64,000 nt of DNA from an uncultured Candidatus Rokubacteria bacterium (lineage in GTDB: Bacteria > Methylomirabilota > Methylomirabilia > Rokubacteriales > DASRDR01). Under the pieces are notes generated by a model. That model was not told the DNA's origin. It worked only from the letters and a program-made list of their open reading frames with translations, and ran no database searches. This document shows positions 17,138 to 26,070 of this stretch, piece by piece (the first letter of the stretch is position 1; every line of letters begins with the position of its first letter). The translations under genes were made by a program, and so were the position numbers. The stretch spans positions 96,001 through 160,000 of the forward strand of contig CAWGVS010000006.1 in assembly GCA_963826115.1 (NCBI GenBank). The letters run 5' to 3'.

Positions 17138-19021
17138 TCACGGCGTCGCGCGGCGAAGCCACAGGGTCAGGACGGCGAGCCGCCACACGGCGCGCACCTC
17201 CCGCATCCCGTCCCGTGTCGCGTACGCGCGATAAGTGCGCCGGACGGTCTCCGACGGCACGTACGGGTCGAGCGTGCGCGCGGCCTCGCGCATGAGGACG
17301 TCGAGCCGTTCGCGGCCGTACACGGTGAGCGCCGAGCGGAGCATCAGGTCGATCGGGGCCTTCCCGCGCCGGTCCCGGATCTCGGCAGGCAAGAGCGTGG
17401 CGAGGGCGTGCCGCGCGACGATGCGCGTCAGGCCGCGCCGGATCTTCTGGGACGCCGGGAGCGCGAGGCAGAACTCCATGACCCGGCGGTCGAGGAAGGG
17501 GTCCCGCGAGTCGAGCCCCACCGCGTCGCCGGCGGCGGCCAGCGTTTCCAGGGTGGCCGCCATCCGGGGCGCGGTCAGCTGGCGCCAGTGATCGTAGCGC
17601 GCCCACTCGACGCCGGTCGGCGGCGGCCCGGGCTCCGCCGCCCTGAGCCGCTCGTCGAGCCGGATCCGCCGCGCGAAGTCGGTCCGGATCAGCGGCGGCC
17701 CCAGGACGCCCTGGCGGCGCAGGCGTCGCCAGGCGCGGCGGGCCGGCCGGGGCGCCACCGAGGCCGCGACCATCCGCAGGACGCGCCAGGCCGATCGCTC
17801 GAACGACCGCGAGAACCGGCGCGCCTCTCGGGCGAGCGCCAGCCACCGGCCCTGGCGGGCGAGGTCGCCCAGGTAACCCGTTCCGTGGGAAACGACGACG
17901 TCGCCCCCGGTTCCCTCCAGGAACGTGCGCATCCCGTCGGCGCTCGCCGCGCGGTAGAGCGCCCAGTGCATGTAGTACCCGGGCGCCCTGAACACCTCGT
18001 CCCCCGGCCCGGCCTCGCGCTCGAAATCCCCGAGCGGGTCGAGCACGTCCCCGCGGACGTGGCGCGGCGCGAGCCCGCCGCCCGCCTCGACGGCCGCGAC
18101 GTAGGCGCCCTCGTCGCAGGAGGGGATCGTCGGGAAGCGCGCCGTGTAGGTCGTGAGCGGACCCGTGCCCATCGCCGCTTGGACCGCGCGAGCGACGCAC
18201 ACCACCGCCGAGGAGTCGAGCCCGCCGCTCAGCGCGGCGGCGACGGGGCCCGCGCTGCGGAGGCGGCAGCGCACGGCGTCGGTGAACAGCTCGCGGAACC
18301 GCTCGGCGTACTCGGCGTCCGACCCGAGCCGCAACTCTCGCATCGGGTCGAGCTGCCAGTAGGGTCGCGGCGCGGCGGCGCCGGCCGGGGTCACGATCAG
18401 GGAATGCCCCGCCGGCAACCGGGCGATGTCCTCGTGGAGCGTGGCGGTCCGATTGTCGAGCCCCGGGACGAGGTAGGCGGCGATTCGGAGCTCGTCGATC
18501 CGCCGCGGGACGTCGGGGATCGCGAACAGGGCGGCCGTCCCCGAGGCGGCGGCGAACACGCGCGGGCCGGCATGATAGTAGAGGGGCTTCACGCCCGCCG
18601 GATCGCGCGCGCAGAAGAGCACCCGGCGCCGGGCGTCCCACACGACGAACGCGAAATCGCCCAGGAGCCGCGCCGCGCACGCCTCGCCCCAGCGCTCCCA
18701 GGCGCGGAGGATGAGCGCCCCGTCGCCGAGGTCGTCGGCGCGCCGCGGGTCGAGGTCGAGGGCCGCGGCGAGCTCGGCGCGGTTGTCGAGCCGCGCGTCG
18801 GCGGTGACGACCACCTCGCCGGTGTCGCTCGCCCGGGGCAGCTTCTCCTCGAGGCCCGTGGCGCCGGCCCGGAGCGCCCGGTGGCCGAGGCCGACCGGGC
18901 CGTCCAGCCAGACGCCGACGGCGTCGGCGGCGCGGGGCGCGAGACGCTCGGTGACCCGGTCGAGCGCCAGTCGGTCGAGCGGCGCGCCGTCGAGCCGCCG
19001 GATCGCGGCGATGCCGCTCAT
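17138..19021 (-). CDS. Lasso cyclase-like asparagine synthetase homolog (C protein)
   Basis: Starts MSGIAA (no catalytic Cys of AsnB); DARLDNRAEL, GDFAFVVWD, ARDPAGVKPLYY, ALSGGLDSS PP-loop, RDPFLDRRVMEFCLALP. Confidence 0.9.
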   Translation of the reverse strand: MSGIAAIRRLDGAPLDRLALDRVTERLAPRAADAVGVWLDGPVGLGHRALRAGATGLEEKLPRASDTGEVVVTADARLDNRAELAAALDLDPRRADDLGDGALILRAWERWGEACAARLLGDFAFVVWDARRRVLFCARDPAGVKPLYYHAGPRVFAAASGTAALFAIPDVPRRIDELRIAAYLVPGLDNRTATLHEDIARLPAGHSLIVTPAGAAAPRPYWQLDPMRELRLGSDAEYAERFRELFTDAVRCRLRSAGPVAAALSGGLDSSAVVCVARAVQAAMGTGPLTTYTARFPTIPSCDEGAYVAAVEAGGGLAPRHVRGDVLDPLGDFEREAGPGDEVFRAPGYYMHWALYRAASADGMRTFLEGTGGDVVVSHGTGYLGDLARQGRWLALAREARRFSRSFERSAWRVLRMVAASVAPRPARRAWRRLRRQGVLGPPLIRTDFARRIRLDERLRAAEPGPPPTGVEWARYDHWRQLTAPRMAATLETLAAAGDAVGLDSRDPFLDRRVMEFCLALPASQKIRRGLTRIVARHALATLLPAEIRDRRGKAPIDLMLRSALTVYGRERLDVLMREAARTLDPYVPSETVRRTYRAYATRDGMREVRAVWRLAVLTLWLRRATP

Positions 19022-19452
19022 CGCGGCGTGCCCAGCGCCGACAGGCTCACGTAGCGGGTCTCGACCGGGCCGCCGATCACGACGCGCCCGTCGTGCTCGA
19101 GCCAGGCGTGCGCCTCGAAGCCGCGACCTCCGCCACCGGCCACCCCCAGCTTGAGCTCGCTCGGGTGCCCGTGACGGCCGAGCAGGGCGTGCGCCGCCAG
19201 CGCCCGGACGAGGCACGTCGTCCGCGGCACAAGGCAGTCGGCGGCGCCCACGGCCCAGACGATCCGTTCGACCGACGGTGTCCGGCCCGTCCGTATGCCG
19301 GGGTCATTCGCGAGCGCGCCCACCGCGCCGTGGACGCGCCGGAACGGGAGCACCCACAGTCCGACGCGGACGCCCGCCAGGAGCCCCGCGGCGGCAAGGA
19401 CCAGGCGTTGCTCGGCGGACGGCAGCGCGAGGAATCTAGCGACGCGCCTCAC
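19018..19452 (-). CDS. Lasso peptide B2 leader peptidase (transglutaminase-like)
   Basis: TTCLVRALA (catalytic Cys), LKLGV, FEAHAWLEHDG. Confidence 0.92.
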   Translation of the reverse strand: MRRVARFLALPSAEQRLVLAAAGLLAGVRVGLWVLPFRRVHGAVGALANDPGIRTGRTPSVERIVWAVGAADCLVPRTTCLVRALAAHALLGRHGHPSELKLGVAGGGGRGFEAHAWLEHDGRVVIGGPVETRYVSLSALGTPR

Positions 19453-19735
19453 CGGAGACCTCGAGAAGCCCGGCCTCGGCCATGGTCCGGAGGAGGGCGA
19501 GGAGGTCCGCCTCGCAGCGCGCGGAGTCGACCTCGTACTCCCGGAGCAGCGCGTCCCGGACGTCCCGCACGCGCCGCGGCGTCGCGATGAGCTCCCAGAT
19601 GCGGGCTCCGATCGGGTCCAGCCCGTAGTAGACGCCGGCCTTCAGCTGGACGATCGCGACCTCGTCCTCGAGGCGGCAGGAGGCCTGCTCCTTCGAGGCC
19701 ACGACGACCGTGTCGAGCGAGATGGCGCCGTCCAC
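19436..19735 (-). CDS. PqqD-family RiPP recognition element (lasso B1/E protein)
   Basis: LEDEVAIVQLKAGVYYGLDPIGARIWELI...LLREYEVDSARCEADLLALLRTMAEAGLL. Confidence 0.92.
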   Translation of the reverse strand: MDGAISLDTVVVASKEQASCRLEDEVAIVQLKAGVYYGLDPIGARIWELIATPRRVRDVRDALLREYEVDSARCEADLLALLRTMAEAGLLEVSGEARR

Positions 19736-19778
19736 GGTGTCAGGCGCTCCCCGGCGCGCCGTCGCTCGGCACGGCCCG

Positions 19779-19807
19779 ATCGTATCCCGGTCCCCCGCGC
19801 GCGACAA
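19779..19807 (-). promoter_or_regulatory. Putative sigma70 promoter of the RiPP operon
   Basis: Minus strand TTGTCG-17 nt-TACGAT just upstream of the RRE gene. Confidence 0.5.
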
Positions 19808-19819
19808 TCGCGCGCGGCG

Positions 19820-21022
19820 CTAGGCCGGGCCGCGGAAGTCGTCCTTCGCGGCCCGGAGCGCGGCCGGGTCGGCCAGGAGGTCGAGGGCGGTCAGCGCGAG
19901 AGCCTTGGCGCCGGCCACCATGCCGGCTCGCGCGAGCGGCGTCGCGTTGTGCTCCGCGAACTCGCGCGAATGGCCCGGTACCCCGTCGGGCGCCGTACGG
20001 ATGTAGGGATGGATCGTGGGGAGGGCCTGGCTCACGTTTCCGGCGTCCGTCGAGCCGTACCCCGCCTGGCCGTCGTCGGGGTCCACGGGAAAGTCGATGC
20101 GCGCGAGGTTTCGCTCGAAGAGATCCGCCATCGGCGCGTTCGGCTTGAGCGGGTCGTGGATCCGCGGATCCACCGTCACCTGGACGCGGCAGCCCGTCGC
20201 CAGGGCCGCGCCCTCCGCGGCCGCCTCGAACCGTCGCCGGATCTCCTGGAGGTACGTCCTGTCGAGCGAGCGGAGGTAGAAGTCCGCGGCGGTGTACTCC
20301 GGGATGATGTTGGGCTGCTGCCCGCCCACCGTGATCACCCCGTGGATGCGCGCGTCGGGGCGGAGCTGCTGCCGCATCGCGTCCAGCGCGTTGAAGAGCC
20401 CGATGACGGCGTTGAGCGCGTTGACCCCGCGCCACGGCCACGACGCCGCGTGCGCCGCGGTGCCGAAGTACTCCACCTTCGCCTTCATGAGCCCGAGGGT
20501 CGGGCGCCAGACCTGGGTGCCGCAGCGCGGGTGGATCATCATGGCCGCGTCGACGTCCTGGAACACGCCCGCGTCCATGAGCTTGACCTTGCCCGCGCCG
20601 CCCTCCTCCGCGGGCGTGCCGACCACCGTGATCCGGCCCGGGTAGGGGAAGTGCCCCCCGGCGAGGCTCGCGGCGGCGACGGCGAGCGCGGCGCCCGCGC
20701 CGGCGCCGGCGGTCGCGATGACGTTATGGCCGCAGGCGTGGCCGATGCCGGGAAGCGCGTCGTACTCGGCCATCACGGCGATCGTCGGGCCGTCGGCCGT
20801 GCCGGGCACCTCGGCGCGGAAGGCGGTCGGCAGGCCGCCCACCCCGCGCTCGACGCGGCAACCCCGGCGCTCGAGGAACTCCGTCAGCCAGCGCGCCGCC
20901 TGCTCCTCCTTGAACGCGAGCTCGGGGTGCGCGTGGATCTGGAGCGCGAGTCGCCAGAGATCCTCGGCCATTCCGTCGACGGCGTCGGTCACGCGGCTCT
21001 TGAGACGGTCCAGGTCGCTCAT
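19820..21022 (-). CDS. M20 family amidohydrolase (PM20D2/AbgB-like)
   Basis: IHAHPELAFKE, AEYDALPGIGHACGHN, GTPAEEGGAGK, GSTDAGNVS. Confidence 0.9.
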   Translation of the reverse strand: MSDLDRLKSRVTDAVDGMAEDLWRLALQIHAHPELAFKEEQAARWLTEFLERRGCRVERGVGGLPTAFRAEVPGTADGPTIAVMAEYDALPGIGHACGHNVIATAGAGAGAALAVAAASLAGGHFPYPGRITVVGTPAEEGGAGKVKLMDAGVFQDVDAAMMIHPRCGTQVWRPTLGLMKAKVEYFGTAAHAASWPWRGVNALNAVIGLFNALDAMRQQLRPDARIHGVITVGGQQPNIIPEYTAADFYLRSLDRTYLQEIRRRFEAAAEGAALATGCRVQVTVDPRIHDPLKPNAPMADLFERNLARIDFPVDPDDGQAGYGSTDAGNVSQALPTIHPYIRTAPDGVPGHSREFAEHNATPLARAGMVAGAKALALTALDLLADPAALRAAKDDFRGPA

Positions 21023-21118
21023 GGCGGGCCTCCACGGAGGGATCGGGCGAGTGGGGCGCGACTCGGCGCGGGCCGCAGGCTCCCACGCCCGTCCCGCGAC
21101 TGTCAAGGCGACGTCCCG

Positions 21119-22249
21119 TCACCGGCCGGCGGCGCGCCGCGCCTCGGCCCGGCGGCCCGCGGCGATCCGGTCGTCCAGCGATGGGTGCGTGGCGAAGAGG
21201 AGCTCCCGGAGTCGCCCGGGCCGGCGCTCGGCGAGGTTGAGGCGGCCGAGCCGCTCCATGGCGGCGACGAAGGCCGCGGGCGCCCCGCTCACGTCGAGCG
21301 CGATCCGGTCGGCCTCGCGCTCGAGGCGCCGCGACCACGCGGCGATCGGCGGCGTGGCGAGGAGCCCCAGCACGCTGACCACCAGGGCCAGGAACGGCAG
21401 GCCCGCGGGGTCCGCGGGGCCGGCGAGGCCGAGCGACGCGACGCCCATGCGGAGAGCCCGGTCGGCGACCCAGAGGGTCGCGACCAGGAGGGCGCCGTGG
21501 AGCAGGAGACCCTGCGTCATGTGGCTCCGCGCGTGGTGTCCGAGCTCGTGGGCGAGGACGACCTCCACCTCCTCGACGGGGAACTCGCGGAGGAGCGTGT
21601 CGCTCACGAGGATGCGCCGCGTGCGTCCGAGTCCCACCACCGCCGCATTCGCGACGCGGCCCTTGCGCGAGAAGTCGGCAACCAAGACCTCCGCGGCCCG
21701 GACGCCCATCCGCGCGGCGAGCGCGAGGATCCGGGCGCGGAGCTCCCGATCCTCGAGCGGCGTCAGCCGGTAGAAGAGGGGCACGAGCCACACGGGCACC
21801 ACCAAGGTCAGGAGCACGAGGCCCGCCGCCAGCACGCCGCTCGCCCAGAGCCACCACCGCTCCGGGCTCCACTGGAGGAGGCCGTACACCACCTGGGCGG
21901 CGAGGAGCCCGAGCGCGCCGCCGATCGCGAGCGCCTTCGCGCGGTCGCCCAGCCAGCCGGCGAAACGCTGCGTCAGGAGTCCCGCCCGGCGCGGGAGGAC
22001 GAAGCCGCCGACGACGTCGAGCGGAAAGGTCAGGAGCGCCTGCGTGACGCCGAGCGCCAGCGTCATCGTCGCGACGACCGCCGCGGCGGGGAGCCACCCG
22101 TCGAGCCCCGCGGCCAGGCGCGTGGCGGCGCCGCTCCACGCCCACCACACGAGGAGCACGGCGCCGAGCCCGAGGTCGACCAGCGAGAGCGCGAACTGAC
22201 GCCGGTGATACTCGCGGGCCCGGGTGGCCTCCGCGTCGCGCGCGTCCAT
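21119..22249 (-). CDS. M48 family (Ste24-like) membrane zinc protease
   Basis: TM helices; ANAAVVGLGRTRRI, LAHELGH, EREAD, THPSLDDRI. Confidence 0.9.
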   Translation of the reverse strand: MDARDAEATRAREYHRRQFALSLVDLGLGAVLLVWWAWSGAATRLAAGLDGWLPAAAVVATMTLALGVTQALLTFPLDVVGGFVLPRRAGLLTQRFAGWLGDRAKALAIGGALGLLAAQVVYGLLQWSPERWWLWASGVLAAGLVLLTLVVPVWLVPLFYRLTPLEDRELRARILALAARMGVRAAEVLVADFSRKGRVANAAVVGLGRTRRILVSDTLLREFPVEEVEVVLAHELGHHARSHMTQGLLLHGALLVATLWVADRALRMGVASLGLAGPADPAGLPFLALVVSVLGLLATPPIAAWSRRLEREADRIALDVSGAPAAFVAAMERLGRLNLAERRPGRLRELLFATHPSLDDRIAAGRRAEARRAAGR

Positions 22250-22319
22250 CGCTTCACAAGCGTAGCGCGGACGCCCGCGCGCGGCCACCCGCGCGCGCCG
22301 CGGTGGTACGATGACTCGC

Positions 22320-23552
22320 GTGACGAAGCCGCCTCCGGCCGAGCGCCGCGCGCCCGACGTGACCGACGCGCTGGCGCCGGGGGCCGTCGGCGCGGTCCGG
22401 GTGCGCCCGAACACCCGCGTGCTCGGTCTCCTGGCGCTCGGCCACCTCGTGGTCGACATGAACCAGGGGTCGATCGCGCCGCTCTTGCCCTTCTTCAAGT
22501 CGGCCTTCGGGCTGTCCTACGCGGCGTCCGGGGTCATCCTGCTCGTGGGGAACATGACCTCGTCGATCGTCCAGCCGGTGTTCGGCTACCTCGCGGACCG
22601 GGCGCCGCGGCGTTGGCTCCTGCCCTGGGCCGTGCTCCTGTCGGCGGTCGGGGTCGCCGTGGCCGGGGTGGCGCCGTCGTACTGGGGCCTGCTGGCGGTG
22701 GTCGTCGTGTCGGGGCTCGGCGTCGCCGCCTATCACCCCGAGGGCTACCGCACGGCGAACCAGGTCGCGGGCGACCGGAAGGCCACGGGACTGTCGCTCT
22801 TCTCGATCGGCGGGAACATCGGCATCGCCCTCGGGCCGCCGGCGATCGCCTTCCTCGTCCCGCGGTTCGGCCTGCCCGGGACCCTCGGCCTCCTCGGGCC
22901 CGGCCTCGTGGTCGCGGCGCTGATCGCCGCGATCCTGCCGGCGCTCATCGCGGCGCCCGCCAAGAGCGCGCCGGCGCGCACGGCGGGGGAGCGCGGCCGC
23001 GACATGCCGGGGGCCATGGCGCTCCTCATCGGGGTCGTGACCGTGCGGTCGTGGACGCAGCTCGGCCTGATCGCCTACGTGCCCTTCCTCTACGTCGACC
23101 TCCTCGGCAAGGACCCGCGCGTCGCCGGGCCGCTCCTCTTCCTCTTCCTCGGCGCCGGCGCCGTGGGCACGCTCACCGGCGGCCCGATCGCCGACCGCTG
23201 GGGCCCGCGGCGCTATCTCGTCGGGAGCTTCCTCCTGTCGACGCCGCTGATCGCGCTCTTCCTCTGGTGGCCGGGCGGCTGGGTGGCCGCGATCACGCTC
23301 GCGGCGGCCGGCTTCGTCCTGGTGTCGTCGTTCTCGGTGACCGTCGCGCTCGGTCAGGCCTATCTCCCGCGGCGTCTCGGCATGGCGGCCGGCCTGATCG
23401 TGGGGCTGGCCATCGGCACGGGCGGGCTCGGCGTCGCGCTGCTCGGCTGGGTCGCGGACCACTGGGGCCTCTACGCCGCGCTCCACCTGATCGCCGCGCT
23501 CCCGCTCGCCGGCCTCGCCGTCGCGCTCTGTCTGCCCGAGCCCCGGGCCTAA
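22320..23552 (+). CDS. MFS transporter (Fsr-like); start 22311 or 22320
   Basis: GHLVVDMNQG, QPVFGYLADR, YHPEG, FSIGGNIGIALGP. Confidence 0.88.
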   Translation: MTKPPPAERRAPDVTDALAPGAVGAVRVRPNTRVLGLLALGHLVVDMNQGSIAPLLPFFKSAFGLSYAASGVILLVGNMTSSIVQPVFGYLADRAPRRWLLPWAVLLSAVGVAVAGVAPSYWGLLAVVVVSGLGVAAYHPEGYRTANQVAGDRKATGLSLFSIGGNIGIALGPPAIAFLVPRFGLPGTLGLLGPGLVVAALIAAILPALIAAPAKSAPARTAGERGRDMPGAMALLIGVVTVRSWTQLGLIAYVPFLYVDLLGKDPRVAGPLLFLFLGAGAVGTLTGGPIADRWGPRRYLVGSFLLSTPLIALFLWWPGGWVAAITLAAAGFVLVSSFSVTVALGQAYLPRRLGMAAGLIVGLAIGTGGLGVALLGWVADHWGLYAALHLIAALPLAGLAVALCLPEPRA

Positions 23553-23663
23553 TCCTGGTATCATGAGCCTTCGTGCCGGAGGGCCGCGGGGCGCGGTAGT
23601 GCGCTCCCGTCGGGGACGCCGCCGGCGAGGCGGGCCCCGCGCCCACTAGCTGAGGAGAAGGGC

Positions 23664-24575
23664 ATGTTCGCGTCCGTCGAGGAAGTCCAGGAGCGGTTCC
23701 AGGCGAGCCGGTACATCGCGAGCCGACGCATCGCCACCGTCGTGTACCTGGCGAGCCGGATGAACCGTCCGGTGCTCGTCGAGGGCCCGGCCGGCGTCGG
23801 GAAGACCGAGCTCGCCAAGGTGCTGGCCGAGACCACGAAGCGGCCCCTGGTGCGCCTCCAGTGCTACGAGGGCCTGGACGAGGCGAAGGCGCTCTACGAG
23901 TGGAAGTACGCCAAGCAGCTCCTCTACACGCAGATGCTGCGGGAGCGGATCGGCGAGCTGATCTCGGACGCGCCCACCTTGCCGGAGGCCGTCGACCGCA
24001 TCGCGCGCCAGGAGGACGCCTTCTTCTCTCGGCGCTTCCTCTCGCCGCGCCCGCTCCTCGGCGCGATCCTGGCCGAGGAGCCGGTCGTGCTCCTCATCGA
24101 CGAGATCGACAAGGCGGAGGTGGAGTTCGAGGCCTTCCTGCTGGAGGTGCTCTCCGACTGGCAGGTGTCGGTGCCGGAGCTCGGCACGATCAAGGCGCGC
24201 CACGTGCCCCTGGTCGTCCTGACCTCCAACAACGCGCGGGAGCTGACCGACGGGCTGAAGCGCCGGTGCCTGCATCTGTTCATCGACTTCCCGAGCGTCG
24301 GCGAGGAGCTGGCGATCATCCGGCTCAAGGTGCCGGAGGCGTCCGAGCAGCTCGCCCGGCAGGTGGTGAGCGCCGTCCAGAAGATCCGGGCGCTCGAGCT
24401 CCGGAAGGCGCCGTCGATCTCGGAGAGCCTCGACTGGGCGCGCGCGCTGGTGATCCTGAATGCCGACCGCCTGGACGCGGCGCTCGTCGAGTCGACGCTC
24501 ACCCTCGTGGTCAAGCACGAGCGCGACCTCGAGCGCGTCAAGGCGAGCCTCGACAAGGTCCTCGCCGACTCGTAG
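23664..24575 (+). CDS. MoxR/CoxD-like AAA+ ATPase
   Basis: EGPAGVGKTELAK, LQCYEGLDEAKALYEW, LLIDEIDKA, LKRRC. Confidence 0.92.
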   Translation: MFASVEEVQERFQASRYIASRRIATVVYLASRMNRPVLVEGPAGVGKTELAKVLAETTKRPLVRLQCYEGLDEAKALYEWKYAKQLLYTQMLRERIGELISDAPTLPEAVDRIARQEDAFFSRRFLSPRPLLGAILAEEPVVLLIDEIDKAEVEFEAFLLEVLSDWQVSVPELGTIKARHVPLVVLTSNNARELTDGLKRRCLHLFIDFPSVGEELAIIRLKVPEASEQLARQVVSAVQKIRALELRKAPSISESLDWARALVILNADRLDAALVESTLTLVVKHERDLERVKASLDKVLADS

Positions 24576-24613
24576 GCGCGGGCCAGCGGGCGGCCCCTGG
24601 TAGGCTAGTTCCC

Positions 24614-26038
24614 GTGGACGACCGGATCCTCGAGTTCATCGGCGACCTGCGGCGGGCGGAGGTCCGCGTCTCGACCACCGAGGCGCTCGACGCCCTCCGG
24701 GCCGCCGAGGTGCTGGGCCTGGACGACCGGGACGACTTCCGTCACGCGCTGGCCACCACCCTCATCAAGGAGACGCGCGACCTCCCGACGTTCGAGCGGA
24801 TCTTCGACCTCTACTTCTTCGACCTGAAGGGGCTCGGGGCGGAGGCGGCCAAGGCGCTCGGGCGGGAGGATCCCTGGGCGCGCGAGATGCTCCAGCGCCT
24901 CCTCGAGCAGGCGGGCGACGATCTCGACGTCGACCCGCTGGCGGAGATGCTGCTCCTGTCCGACGCGGCGTCGCTCGAGCTCGCGGTGCGGCAGGGCGGG
25001 CGCGGCCAGGGGCTCGAGCGGCTCTTCTACTTCCTCCAGGTCGGGTACTTCACCCGCAAGATCTGGGACCAGTTCCCCTGGCAGGACATCGAGGCGGACC
25101 TCGAAGCCCTCCTCCGCGCCGCGGAAGAGCAGGGCATGGATCCCGGCGCGCTCGCCCGGCTCCGGACGTACATGGAGCTCCGGATGGAGGCCTTCCGCCG
25201 CCTCGTCCGGCAGCACGTCGAGCGGGAGCTGGCGCGCCGCGGGCACGGCCAGGCGGACCGCCTCCGGCGGGACCTCCTCGCCGAGAAGCCGCTCTTCACG
25301 CTGTCGGCCGACGAGGTCGCCCAGATGCAGGCGGTCGTGGCGCGGCTGGCCCGCCGGATCAAGGACGCCCTCGCGCTCCGGCAGCGGCGGGAGGAGAAGG
25401 GGAAGCTCGACATGCACCGCACGCTCCGCGCGAGCCTGCCGTACGGCGGCGTGCCGATCGAGCTCCGGTGGCGCCGGCGGCGCCGCGAGAAGCCGCGCCT
25501 GGTCACGCTGTGCGACGTCTCCGACTCCGTGCGGAACGCCTCGCGGTTCATGCTCCAGCTCGTCTGGAACCTCCAGGAGTGCTTCTCCAAGGTCCAGAGC
25601 TTCGCGTTCGTCTCGGAGATCGCCGAGGTGTCCGAGGCGTTCCGAACGCTGCCGGTGGAGAAGGCCGTCGAGTACGCGCTCGGCCACGCGCCGGTCGACT
25701 ACCACAGCCGCTCGGACTTCGGCTACGCGTTCGCGCGGTTCTGCCGGGAGTCGCTCGACCGGCTCGACCGCAAGACGACCCTCCTGGTCCTGGGCGACGC
25801 GCGCAACAACTACAACGACCCGCAGGCGTGGGCGCTCCGGCAGATGCGCGAGCGCGTGAAGGGCATCATCTGGCTGAACCCCGAGGGCCAGTGGGGCTGG
25901 GGGGTCGGCGACTCGGTGATGCCGCTCTACGCGCCCCACTGCGATCTGGTGCGGGAGTGCCGGACGCTCACGCAGCTGGCGGAGGTCGTGGACGGCCTGG
26001 TCCAGGGCTGGTGGCGCCGTCGCGGCGCCGTGCGGTAG
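24614..26038 (+). CDS. CoxE-like VWA domain protein
   Basis: FIGDLRRAEVRVS, LCDVSDSV (MIDAS), LGDARNNY, IIWLNPE. Confidence 0.9.
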   Translation: MDDRILEFIGDLRRAEVRVSTTEALDALRAAEVLGLDDRDDFRHALATTLIKETRDLPTFERIFDLYFFDLKGLGAEAAKALGREDPWAREMLQRLLEQAGDDLDVDPLAEMLLLSDAASLELAVRQGGRGQGLERLFYFLQVGYFTRKIWDQFPWQDIEADLEALLRAAEEQGMDPGALARLRTYMELRMEAFRRLVRQHVERELARRGHGQADRLRRDLLAEKPLFTLSADEVAQMQAVVARLARRIKDALALRQRREEKGKLDMHRTLRASLPYGGVPIELRWRRRRREKPRLVTLCDVSDSVRNASRFMLQLVWNLQECFSKVQSFAFVSEIAEVSEAFRTLPVEKAVEYALGHAPVDYHSRSDFGYAFARFCRESLDRLDRKTTLLVLGDARNNYNDPQAWALRQMRERVKGIIWLNPEGQWGWGVGDSVMPLYAPHCDLVRECRTLTQLAEVVDGLVQGWWRRRGAVR

Positions 26039-26070
26039 CGGCCCCGCCGCGCGCGGCCGCCGTCGCCCCC

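Noticed and set aside
16587-18680. 697-aa protein ending in the S74 domain
   Set aside because: The upstream part overlaps the cyclase in another frame. The real start is ATG 17081 with an AAGGAG RBS, matching the size of the paralogs.
17138-19735. Housekeeping asparagine synthetase or PQQ biosynthesis
   Set aside because: The AsnB homolog lacks the N-terminal Cys and is coupled to B2 and RRE genes; no pqqB, pqqC or pqqE is present.
19295-23566. 1423-aa ORF and other very long Arg/Ala/Pro-rich ORFs (e.g. 59211..62669, 36123..38846, 27270..29864, 53603..56011)
   Set aside because: Shadow or antisense frames of clear genes, expected in very GC-rich DNA; no recognisable motifs.
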